The notes under the pieces: model-generated | The model's database searches: none | Told to the model about the DNA's origin: nothing | Seen by the model: the letters and a program-made list of their open reading frames with translations, nothing else | Made by a program: the position numbers and the translations under genes | In this document: one piece after another, positions 49,530 through 62,259 of the stretch | Numbering within the stretch: position 1 is the first letter of the stretch | Layout: each line of letters opens with the position of its first letter | Assembly: GCA_012295275.1 (NCBI GenBank) | Contig: CM022665.1 | Span: forward strand, 2,790,001-2,854,000 | Length of the DNA: 64,000 bases | DNA from: Chrysomallon squamiferum | Lineage: Eukaryota; Animalia; Mollusca | Reading direction: 5' to 3'

Positions 49530-50102
49530 ATTATTTTGTATATCTAAATGATTTACATCGCTGAAATGAATCTTATAAAAAAAAAAATCCCAAAAAACAA
49601 AGAACTATAAAAGTAACAAATCGGACAACAATTTTGTTTTGTTTGGTTTTGATGATACATTATTAATAAAATGCGCCCGTGTAAACAGTCGCTGAGAAAC
49701 GCTACGACAGGCGGAGTGTTGAAAAGCGGCTACATTACTCCCCACGTGTTCGGCCAACGCCCTCTCCCCGGCCCCACGTCCGCCCCTCGCTGGGAGAGGG
49801 GCGTCAGATGCGTCTTCAGCTTTGTCGGAGGAGCCGAGTGATTATGGAAACACCCGACTAGACAATTATAAATTAATTTGACTCGGAATAAATCTGCTGA
49901 TCAAGTGTCGTCTTTGTTTATTAATCATCTGATAATAAGTCACAGCTTATTTGGAACTCGAAATGTTTGAGTTGTTGAGCGTGGATTTGCTTGTGTTCGT
50001 TATGTGAAATTATTTAAAAAAAAAAAAAAAAAAAAAAAATTATCTTAGCGTATTCATTTGCTACGTGTTAAAGAAGAGGTAGTTTAATTTGGTGCCACTT
50101 TT

Positions 50103-50145
<43 letters not shown>

Positions 50146-51203
50146 TTGTTTTTTTGCTTTTTTTAATCGGCTTACCCAGTTGTTAAATATAAGCGATAAT
50201 GTCCTGCGCTTGCATCATTATCTTTTGTCAATGCTTTTTTATTAATATATATTATTTTTATTTTATTTATTTACTTATTATTATTATTATTATTATTATT
50301 ATATTTTTATTTTAGAATTTTTTTGCTATTTATTTATGAAAAAAATACAGTATTAAACACGTTCAAATTTATTAATAAACTTTATTTATTTTAAGATGTT
50401 TATATATATATATATTTATTTTTTTTTTTTTTTTTTTTTTTTTGAATAAAACAAATAAAGTTTTATTTTTATGAAGTAAAGTTAGGCCAGCCAGCAGTAA
50501 TGACTATTTCAAGAAAATCGTAAATTATTAGAATAACTTACACTTTATTCCATTTCTAAAATAATATTTATTTTGTTTGAAATCTTTCTTTTTCTTTCTT
50601 TCTTTATTTCTTTTCATTTTTCATTTCTTTTATTTTTTTATTTTTTTTATTTTTTTTTTTAACTTTTTTTATTTTTTTTTTCTAATTGCGAGTGAAAAAT
50701 ATTTGAGAAATGTGAACTAGGTAGATAATTGCAAGTTACTCGTGGTAGGTCAGACATTTTAATGCATCATCAAAGCACATACATGATTCTTTTAATGACG
50801 TCTGGCTAATGATGTCGCCTCAAATGGATTAGTGACATGGAATGCAGGTGGCCAAACAAAAACTGACCTCTCCGGCCATCCGTGAGAAGCAAAGTGTTTC
50901 AAAGAATCTGCGAGATCTTGGTTTGATGCTGTCCCGTAAAATTACCGATTGTCGTCTTCTGTAGTGTGACCAGAGGAGCGGAAAATTGCAGTTGACCACG
51001 CGACTACGAGGGTGTTCGATGCTGGAGGCGACCTCTGTCGTGTCTTCAGTGTCGCCACAGCTCTCATTGGACGTCGCTCGTGCACGTGTCTTTTGGCCTC
51101 CCGAGTTAAACACGCCTTGTCAACTGACCGAGGATGAAATGCGAAATTGATTTCTTTAATAAGGGAAGAAACTTTATAACATTTTTTTTTAATATTCCCC
51201 CAC

Positions 51204-51332
<129 letters not shown>

Positions 51333-51632
51333 GGAGCGGAGGTGTGTGTGTGTGTGTGTGTGCGCGCATGTGTTGTTTTTTTTCAAATCAGTTGTAGAAC
51401 AGACAAAAAATATATTCCTTTTATTTGTTTTAAGCTTATTTCATGTCAGTATATATATATATCTAATGCAAAAAGTAGCATTTGTGAGAAAAGCTGATGT
51501 AGTAATTCATTTCAAAACGGTTAACTCGTTTGTTCTACAGATTTTATCACGTCAACAACATATAGTTCTAAATATTGCTTTCCTCGAAATACTTTTGTAT
51601 TTACATAATACAAAAATAACACACACACACAA

Positions 51633-51663
<31 letters not shown>

Positions 51664-51819
51664 AAATAATATTTAAAAATAGTAATAAATAAAAAAAGAT
51701 AAATTAAAATTAAAATAGGGACAACGTTCAAGCAGGTCAGCATTGTATTGATATTAAGAACATAATATGAAGAGGACTATATACTCACTGACAAGATTAA
51801 CTGACAAGATTAATCTTTG

Positions 51820-52085
51820 ACTGGCACTTGGGTCGTTTCACTTTACAGCTAGTACTCACAACTTGGTATGTGCTGTCATGTATCATGTGTCATGAAATTT
51901 GTGTAATACAAAAGATAAAAGATCCCTTGCTGTGTTAATAGCTAAAAGTCCATGTAGTGGAGGCATTTCGATCTCTCAAATGCCAATATTAAAAAAACAA
52001 ACAAACAAAAATTATATATGTATGTGTGTGTGTATTTATGTATATATGTATGTATATTGTGTGTCTACATATACATATATGTATG

Positions 52086-52117
<32 letters not shown>

Positions 52118-52226
52118 CACACATACACACCCGCACATACACTCATATACATAAGTAAATAAATAAATATTTCTGACGCTAACAATTATCTGCAAACATA
52201 TACGCTGAGGTGTCGTTAAACAAATA
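51820..52226 (+). mobile_element. Nin-domain-type SINE relic interrupted by a TA/CA microsatellite
   Basis: GGTATGTGCTGTC..TAAAAGATCCCTTGCTG..AAAGTCCATGTAGTGG core and a GCTGAGGTGTCGTTAAACAAATAA tail. Both resemble mollusc Nin/Deu SINEs as I recall them. Confidence 0.6.
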
Positions 52227-53053
52227 ATGATAAATGTGCTGAAGACTTTGTTAAGTCTGTTTTATTGCTTGGATTAAGTTATATTTAACAAAGCCTTTGT
52301 CACTGTTCTCTACCCAGAGTGGGAGTGAGACCTGACATGTATCTCTTCAATTAACATTTTAACGTAGAGAATTTCGTTAGCTGCAAATGGCTGAAATAAT
52401 AACAAACAAAGAGAGCTTGCCGTGCAAAATAAACTACATTTTTATATATCAGAACTGCTGAAAACCTATTTCATTTCGTTAAATAAATATCACTTATAAC
52501 TTCAGTAAATGTCTTTCATTTTCACCAAAACTTTTATTAGCCCTTATAACGCCAGAGAAGTACTTTCAGAGAGAAAAAAATAATAATTGGTTCGTTTGAT
52601 ATACTTAATCGTAATTACGGCATTCAATAAAGCAGTGAGATCGCTTTTAATTCCACAGAAAATTCATCTCGCTTTCTCCGTCCACCTGGTGATTATTCCC
52701 TTCGTTTGCTGGTGTTGTCGTGGGGGGTTCTTTCAAACAGAAAAACAGCCCGGGGGTTGACCTCCGCCCCGCACAGACAACAGTCACAACCAGGAACAGT
52801 GGAGAGTTCATTATTACGATCAGTGAGTTAGAAAAAACACATAGGTGTATCAGTATGTAATTACCCATGTCGAGTCTCTGTCTGGGTCAAACAACCCGGG
52901 TTTCTCAGCTAGTTTAACAGTAATTATATTGATAGCACTCGGTGAATGTTCGTTCTTTCAGTACGGCGCTGTCCACATCATTTTGTGCTAAAAAGTCGTC
53001 TGGATGACGTCTTCAGAACTCTGTTGAGAAAACGCCATCTAATGAATTCAGTT

Positions 53054-53205
53054 CTGTGTTGAAACTAATATCTAGATAGTGTGTGTTTAATACTGTGTTG
53101 AAACTAATATCTAGACAGTGTGTGTTTAATACTGTGTTAAAAATAATATCTAGATAGTGTGTGTTTAAAACTAATATCTAGATAATATGTGATTAGTACT
53201 GTGTT
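53054..53205 (+). repeat. Minisatellite, ~3.7 x 39 bp, most units containing the palindrome TATCTAGATA
   Basis: Units start at 53054, 53093 and 53132, and the last is truncated. Confidence 0.92.
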
Positions 53206-53473
53206 ACAATTCAAATAGTATCATCCACAATGCAGACCTGCTTGAGAAAGAATCCACATTCAAATATCTAATATTAAAAACGGCTAAAAGAAAATTTGAC
53301 ACCAGATGATAGTGTGATTGTTTGTTGTTGTTGTTGTTGTTATTTTTGATGCTGCTGTTGCTGCTGTTGTTTCGTTTCATTCACGAGACAGTTTTATCAA
53401 AAATGTAAAATAATCCTTCTTAAAATTTTCAGTAATTACAAGAAGCATGCACTTAAAAAGGAAACGACCGTAA

Positions 53474-53509
<36 letters not shown>

Positions 53510-53620
53510 ATATATAGATGCGTATGTGTTTGTGTTTATGTATGTCTCTCTTTGTAAGTGCTTCTGCGTGTGTGCGTGCGTGTGTGTGTGCGTGTGTGTC
53601 CTCTCTCTCTCTGTCTTTCT

Positions 53621-53830
53621 GTATATGGGTCAGAGCGCGCGCGTTGAATTATTACATCTACTAACTCTATTATAATACTTTCCGTGTCCACACATATATG
53701 GGTTCTGCGTGTGTGCAGAGCGCGTGTGTGTGCGTGCGTTGAATTTTCCGTATATGGGTCAGAGCGCGCGCGTTGAATTATTACATCTACTAACTTACAT
53801 ATTTATAATACATTTCTCGTGTCCACACAT
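53621..53830 (+). repeat. Direct duplication of ~75-80 bp (53621-53695 and 53750-53830)
   Basis: Both copies begin GTATATGGGTCAGAGCGCGCGCGTTGAATTATTACATCTACTAACT and end CGTGTCCACACAT. Confidence 0.93.
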
Positions 53831-54383
53831 CAAATCACGCGGGTCTTTAATTTTTATTTTCTTACTGCAAAGCGGTGAATAGGTTTGAAGTAATTTGTGT
53901 GCACACAACGGCGAACGGTGGACAAAGTCGTAGACGTCGTGACAACATCACACTGGTGGCTTAGAGACTGTATGAAAGAGCTGATGTACACGGTATAATC
54001 TTCTTATCCAGTGTTCGGCATAAATCGCTGTTTAGAGGACTTATCAAACCCATGTCCCGTAGATATACTCGCACGACAATACACGAAGGAGAAATAAGTA
54101 GCAACATGAAGAATAAAGTGGCTTCAAATAATCTTCCAGTAAATACGTAAGTAAATACCGTACAAGGAAAAACTAGCGCACAAATCAGCATGTTCGTAGT
54201 GGTTTGATAATGCGGTATAGTTTTAACTGCTGTTATTACTACTTCTATTCATACTACAACAGCAAGGACTACTACTAGTGCTACTACTACTACAACAGCA
54301 AGTACTACTACTAGTGCTACTACTACTACAACTGCCATTCTACTACAAAACTACTACTACAAATGATGATGATTATGATGTTG

Positions 54384-54457
<74 letters not shown>

Positions 54458-55359
54458 AACACTTCTACTACAGTTATAGATAACAATATTTAAAAAAACA
54501 AAAAAACAAAGAGAACGTAAAGATTAAATATATTTTTTTAAATATTGTATAATCCTTTCATGATATAAAAAAAAATTAATAATAATTTATGCTGTATCAT
54601 TCTATTTTTTATGTTAATACATATCGTTCATCTTTTCACCTTTTCTTTCTCTCTCTTCTTTTGTTTATTTTTTTTATTTCACTGTTGTTATCATTATTTT
54701 TTGTAACATTTATAGTAACTTTCACCTCAATAATTTAACATTATCCAAATTTATAAACATTATACATTAACTGAATTATCATCATTACGTTTATTAAAAT
54801 GTTTTAACTAGAAATAACATTTCACGAAAACTTAAAAAACAGAAAGACGAACGACTTTGTCAAGAGAGAGATACAAAATGGGTCGATGTGAGACGTGACA
54901 GAATTTCACTTTGACTATATTTGACACTGATATTGTGCTTCCAGTCAGGTTCTTTGCGGTATTTCACATTCTAGAGAGTAAGTGTTTCGTCCAACAGGTT
55001 GTCCGAATATCACTGGCAAAACACCGCGTAAAACTTTATACCAAGAACAAAAGAAACACAGAAAGCAGTGCAAAACTCTAAACAAATATTCACTCTAACC
55101 TCATAAGAAATTCTGTCTTATAACTAAAACGCTTTGTCACTGTTTCATCAAGTGGTGTTTCATGATTGTATTTCACGATGTTAAAAAACCTAAATAATAA
55201 TAATAATAATACTAATAATAAAAAAAAATAAAAGAAAGTGGATAACTGTTTGTTTTGTGATTAACTTAAAACAGGTCATTTTATTATTAGACAGCGTAGA
55301 CAAATATATTCAGAAAAAAATAGTTTTGGCAGGTGTATTAAATTTTTGTTCTATTCTAA

Positions 55360-55680
55360 TTGTGTATGTATGTAAACATGTATGCATGTTTATGTATATA
55401 ATTATATATGTGAATGTGCATGTGTTTGTTGTGTATGTGTGTTTATGTATGTATGTGTATATGTATGTATGTATGTATGTATGTATGAATGTATGAATGC
55501 ATGTATATATGTATATATATGTATATATGTATGTATGTATGTATGTGTGTATGTATGTATGTATGTATGTATGTACACACACACACACACACAAAAAGAA
55601 ACATGAAGTGTTTATATATACATGTATGTGTGTGTGGGTGCGTGTGTGTGTGCGTGTGTATATGTACGTGTATATCTGTA
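55360..55680. repeat. Compound (TATG)n/(CA)n/(TG)n microsatellite
   Basis: Read directly. It explains the overlapping low-complexity ORFs here. Confidence 0.95.
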
Positions 55681-55959
55681 CATAGACTGAATGTTTAACG
55701 CGTGTGTAGGTGTGCGCCCTCTCCTAGGTTCAGAATCTATCTTACATAAGATCTGTGTTGTGCGGGGTGGTACAACACGAATCATACGGACACGTACACT
55801 AATCGGATGTGAAAATGGCGACAGGCGATAGCAAAAACACCCGACTGACCGTCTGCAACAACAATAAAGTCTATCTCAGCGTGGTGACCAAAATAGAACT
55901 TTCCTCAATTAGCGCTGTCTGCTTTGAAACGCGCTCCATTCCATGATTATTATTGTTAG

Positions 55960-56000
55960 AAGTAGTAGTAGCAGTTGTTGTTGTAGTGGTAGTGGTAGTG

Positions 56001-56049
<49 letters not shown>

Positions 56050-56070
56050 CAGCAATAATAGTAGTAGTAC
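55960..56070. repeat. (AGT)n-type microsatellite
   Basis: Read directly. Confidence 0.95.
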
Positions 56071-57386
56071 ATAAAGGTATTACTTAATTTTAGAAAAATA
56101 ACCATTTTCCTTAAGAACGTTTTTCACGGGTGATTTAGAAAATATTATGGTGTGTTGTTACACATACACAACACACACGCACGCACACACACAACACACA
56201 CATACATACATGGTCAGTTGCGTTTTGTATATATTCCATCAGTTTAAAAGATAGTAATAATAATGATACGATAGTAATGGTACTAAGAGTATTAGTATTA
56301 TTAATAATAATAACAGTAGTAGTACAATTTTGTTTTAGTAATACTGATAAATGTGCTACTGATATTAAGAAGAGTACAAGTAAACGAATATTCAGGTCAT
56401 TTGAATGTAGTGATGGTAGTAGCAGCAGCAGCACTAGCAGTAGTAGTAGCAGCAGAAGCAGTAGTAGCCGTAGTAGTAATACAATAGCAGTGGTAATAAA
56501 ATCAAATGAAAATAAAATAACAACCTTCAAAAATTAAAACAAAATTTTGTAAGGTTTTTTTTTTTTCATAAGCATTTCGATGTTTCAGAAAATAAGATGA
56601 TATGATTATATTAAATTCAAATCAAATAGAAAACAAACAAACCAAAAAGAAATGGCAGTTTCATTCATCAAAAAATAAAAAAACATTAAAAAAAATACAG
56701 GCTTGTCAGCCTATAATTTGATGGAGCTATCTTTATTCACAGCCTTTTTTCACGCACCGGGTGCCGGGTCCCTTAGTAACGTCACTTCCTCCAGTTAGCC
56801 ATTTGCTTCGAAATCGTTTGAAAATTTCCCAGCTAATTCACAATGACAAACGTATGGCTGTTTTCTAAACTCAACAATGATTGTTATTACTGTATTAGTG
56901 GACTTTCGAGCACTTTCATTGTTTCTGCCCGCTGAATGGATTTTCCGTTTCAACTTCCGCGTGCATTGCGAACGACGCCGATCAGAAAATGCGCGTGACA
57001 CAAATTTCCGTCGAAGTCATTCTAGCGAGCAGTCAATCACTGCGTGTGAAGTTCACTCGGATCTGGCAAAGATATTCATTGAATATGCAATTTCAAGACG
57101 ACCTGTATAAAATAGAGCTAGTGCAAGGGGTCGGTGGTTTTTTTTTTTTTTTTTTTTTGAAGACTGAAATTTACTAAAAATTAAGGTAAAAATTACAACG
57201 TAGCCCTGGCTGATAAAGCTGTTTCACTGAATAATCGTGCCCAAAATATTAATACGAAATGTAAGTAATTTAAATAAGTGTTATTTATTTATATATCGCA
57301 TTGTTTTCTATGTTAAGAAAAACGTGTACATTTTTAACTACTTCCCCTGTTCACTTTTCATGCATCTCTCGTTCATTTTCCTTTAA

Positions 57387-57433
<47 letters not shown>

Positions 57434-58434
57434 TTCTCTCTCAGTCTTTTGCACGATTTCTTTAATTTGTTACGCCCTTCTTTTCTTTCTTTCTTTCTTT
57501 ATTTTAAAGAAAGATAACATTTTCCCCCAACACCCGAGCATCCATACAAAGGTTATTGCGATACATTATGCAAATCATCTGTTCTTGCTAAAGGCCACGG
57601 ATTGAAATGCTGTTCAGCAATAGTAAGATGATACTCGTTATATATATGAACTATTTAACCTGTCGTGTACTTAAACGTCGGATGTACCCTCTCTCGTGCA
57701 ACACAATTGGTTCTTACCAAGTGTGTGCACACTCAAAGCTGTTTCGATCTGCCAGCACGTGATGATGTGTGACAGGTTGGTAAACACAGGTAAGCTCGAC
57801 AAACAGGCAACCGAAGGGGGCGGGGTGGAAACGGACGTGGCAAACACGAGAACATGTTCGATGAATTGAGGCTTTTCTGTGTAAATAATAACGGTGGGGG
57901 AAAAAAAATAGCAAACCTATGCTGCTATAACGTAGTGTGGAATTTACAAATGACAAAAAAAAAAAAAAAAAAAAAATGATAATAATAATAATGAAATAAT
58001 GAAATAATAATAATAACGAATAACTAAAAAAAAAGTAAAAAATGCCCATGCATTTAATGTAAGTTTTGTAGTTATATGTCTTTTTGTTTCAACAACATGA
58101 TAAATACGTGTAATTATTTTATGTCTCACACACACGCACACACGCACTTACAAATAAATAGTCTGTATTAATTTTAAAGTAACTCTAAAATATATTTTAT
58201 TAATTCGTTAACTACTACGTTTTTACTGAAGCCCTTTTACTAATCTAAAGCTCACATTTAAGACAGTGAAAAAAAAAAAAAAAAAAGAAGATAAAGATGA
58301 AAAAAAAAAAAAAAAAAGGTTAATTTCATTCATGCACAGCAGCAGAACATCAAAAAAAAAAAAGTGAGAACACGTTTTATTGTTCCTATTACATTTTGTC
58401 TTCATCTTATGTTGTTTTTTTCTTCTTCTTCTTC

Positions 58435-58466
<32 letters not shown>

Positions 58467-59016
58467 GTGTTATTATTATTATTATTATTATTATATTTAC
58501 TTTCGAATTGGAAAGCGAGTGAATTAATCACAAATAGTTCAAAATATCAATTCTGTTTTCACAGACAAGCTGATCTCGCTGAACTCCATGTCAGATTTCC
58601 TTGAATGGAATCGATCCAGCGATCGCTTGCCTATTGAGCTATTTCCCGAGCTGGGCTGTAAATTAGCGTCGCGGTGTTTATGAGGTTAATGGCAGCATTA
58701 TCTTGCGGCTGTTGGCCGTGCGAATGACAGAGGAAGTGCTGGATGAAGGCTGTTTCTCCAAGATATGACCGTTTCCTATAAATTGTTCCTTGGTGCACCT
58801 CTTCCCGGTGATATAATCAACATAACCGAGTAAATTTACGTGCGTTGCACGCTTTCAACAATGCATGTTAACCAAAGATAAGAGGTCCACAAAGACTGCG
58901 ATTGGTTTTGCTTTTTCTTCATCTTTTTTTTTTTTTTTTTTTTCATTTTCATTTTTTTCTTTTTCTTTTTAGTATTGTCAGATTGTTAATCATTATTCTT
59001 GGTTGTTGTTTTTATT

Positions 59017-59055
<39 letters not shown>

Positions 59056-59942
59056 GTCATTTATTTATTTATTTATTTTACTTTTTTTGTTTTGTTTTAT
59101 TTCGTTTATTTTTTTCGATATTGCTTTTTAATCTTTTCTTCTTTTTTTTTTTTTTTCCTCCACCTTTTCCTTTTCTTTTTTTTTCTCCAACCTTTTTTCT
59201 TATTTCTTTTAATCCTAATTTCTCTATATTGTTACTGAAAAACACACATCAGTCCAATATCAATATGTGTATCACCATCAGCAGGTTAGTTTTTAATAAA
59301 ACAATCCAGCATCCTGCATTATTTTAAAAAGAATGGGTGAAACAAAACTGGAAATGGTAAGTACTAAAAATGAATTTCGTTACTGCATTACGTGTTAGTT
59401 AATTTTAGAGTTAGCTTGCGTCTGTCTATAAACGACGACTTAAAAGTGCGGACTCGCACATTCGCATAGCTGATGCCATTCTTTTCATTCCAGACAAATT
59501 TCTGTTTATGTCAGTTTTGTCTTCGCTTCGGAAGCACGTCGTCGTTGCTGAAACAGTTATATACCTGTAAAATACCACCACCTCCGTGTTAAACTCCAGT
59601 CTTCATTTCCCACTTGTCATATCGAGTTCCCGCAACACCAGACGACAGTTTGTGCGTGTTGTTAAAAAGCGTTACGAGAGATCTGGCTTACGCTGATAAA
59701 TGAGGTAACCCCTGCTGCTTTTAATATTTCATTTTAAAATGTTTTGTTTTGATTTATTTTTGAGGTAGTTTAAAAAAAAAAATTTTTAAAAAATTAATTT
59801 CTTTTATAGTTATAAATTTAATTTATATTATGAGCTTTTTATTTTTATTTTTTTTAATCTTCCTTCAATTGTTAATCTTTTATGTGTTCTAAATTCCTCC
59901 TTTCTGCTGTTTTTCTTCTTTTCTTCTTTTCTTCAGTCTAGT

Positions 59943-59943
<1 letters not shown>

Positions 59944-60015
<72 letters not shown>

Positions 60016-60060
60016 CTGTCTGTCTCTCTGTCTTGCTTTCTCTCTGTCTCTCTCTGTCTC
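59944..60060. repeat. (CT)n microsatellite with a degenerate (CTGT) tail
   Basis: Read directly. Confidence 0.96.
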
Positions 60061-62214
60061 TATTAATGTTTTTACAGTATACATTTAAAAATATCATAAG
60101 TTTAATGAAAGCACAACTAAGATCCATAGATGAATATATAAATTAATAAATGCTATCAAGAAAAGGAAAATTATCCGTTAATTCTTTTAATTTTTTTTTT
60201 CAAAATTTAAATGTTAAATTCACAAATTGTCGTTCGTTCAAATATTTCGTTTGCGCTTAAAATTGGGAGAGTTAGCAAACCCTGAATAATGGCTTCATTT
60301 AGCAAATTTACCTGTTATTAATACTCCTCTAAATGAACATACCATTTGTAAAATTTGATCCATTAGTTTGTAGAGTTCGATATGCATCTTCACGTCAGGG
60401 ATGTTCACACACAATAGCGGTACATGTCATAATTTTGTGTTTTCCTCACTTTACGTTTGACCTCGTAACTCTATACACCCGCTGTTGAATTCCACTATCA
60501 GCTCTGTCGCTTTTGCTCGAATCTCGATGGCGGGGAAGTGTCGGCTGCTTTTTCTTCCAATATTTACAATGATATTTAATGCTATTTAGCTATATTTCAC
60601 ACGTATGCAAAGAATGGGGCCCGACAATGGGTGTGTTTGCATTTGCTGTGGACTCGGGCTCAGCAAGTGCCGAGAGAATGGAAAATGCTATGCGAAGTAA
60701 TTCATACAAATTTGTTGATAATGTCTACGTTAATCATGTTAGCGGATGAAAATCTCGCCAGCGCGTGAGCAGACAATATGACAGTCCAGGCCGAGGAGAA
60801 AGGCTCCGTGAAAGATCATGATTTCCCAACCATACCTTGAACGTCAGCGTCTGTGTATGTCCCAGGTCAACAGTGGCTGGTTCGGTCACAGAAAGTATAT
60901 TTTATATGTGCGTCAGAGAGCAGATGTGTTTTTATGTATCACCGTGTTTTTATGTAGTTCACTCACACATGTTTGAGTGTAACTGTTATTACGTATTTCT
61001 GTAGGTCTGTGCAGATGTATATATCTGTGTCTCTGTCAGTCTCTTCGTGTAACTGTCTACCTACTTACCTACTTATCCATTTGTCTTTATCTCTTCTGTT
61101 TGACTGTCTTTCGTGCTATCTGTAGACTGCTAGTGAATATAATGAAGGCACTTTATAAATTATTGATATGAAATGTTTTCAAAATGGAAATATTTTAATC
61201 TTACCTGAATAATCTTATTTTCTGATTACTTTTTACATTTTTAATGTTTTTTTATAAATGCGATAACTGTTTAAAGGTTGACTTGTATTATTATAGAATA
61301 CTTCATATCTACTACGTACATCCAACCACAGATATAAGATATATACATAACAACCCCACACACACATACGTACTTACATACATACATACCACACAGACAT
61401 ACATATACATATATAAAAAGTGGAAATATTAGCAGCAGTGGTGATGGTGGCGGTTTTTATTTTTTTTAGCGGCGTATCTCAAGTGATTTCCTTTTTGAAA
61501 GAACTGACATTAAAAAAAAAAAAACATTTCCAGAAAAATGTTTACAAATTACTTATAAACTGCAGTTTATATCAACTGTCGAAAGAATCACATTTACACA
61601 TACACACACATTTATGAGAAGTGGTTTGTTATTCTTGGTTTATTTTAAATTGCGAAACGATATTTTTCAGTGGTCTATTGTACCACAACGCAAGCTTGTC
61701 GTATCACTGGTGACAGTTTGACGAGCAAGTGACATCTATGATGTAAATTATGTCTGTGGCTGTTTGCACAGTTTGACACACAGAGAGTAGCTGTAACAGG
61801 CAGTGTACGCCGATGTCTTCATTGGTCAAGTGATAACAGCCAAAACAGAAAAGTGACAAAACTTGAACCAGCCATGTCAGCTAATCTATATCTTCTCTTC
61901 GATCATTCTTTTAACTGTACAAGTGTTTCTGCTAAATCTCTATTACAGGTTGTTGTGAATACTTCTTCCTTTTTTTTTCTTCTTTTTTTTTTATAAAACG
62001 TTCTGGATGATTTGAAAACATTATAGCAAGATCCTTTTCAAGTCATGGTTATATTTCAATAAATGTTTAAAAATTAGACATGGTAGATAAATAGTTTTAT
62101 GCTCCAGTATCTTCTGACTGTTTAGCAGTTAAATTAATAGCAAACCTGTAGTTTTAGAATTAATTTTATTTTTCCGTTTTCTTTTTTAAAAAACCACAGG
62201 TTTAATTTTTGTTT

Positions 62215-62259
<45 letters not shown>

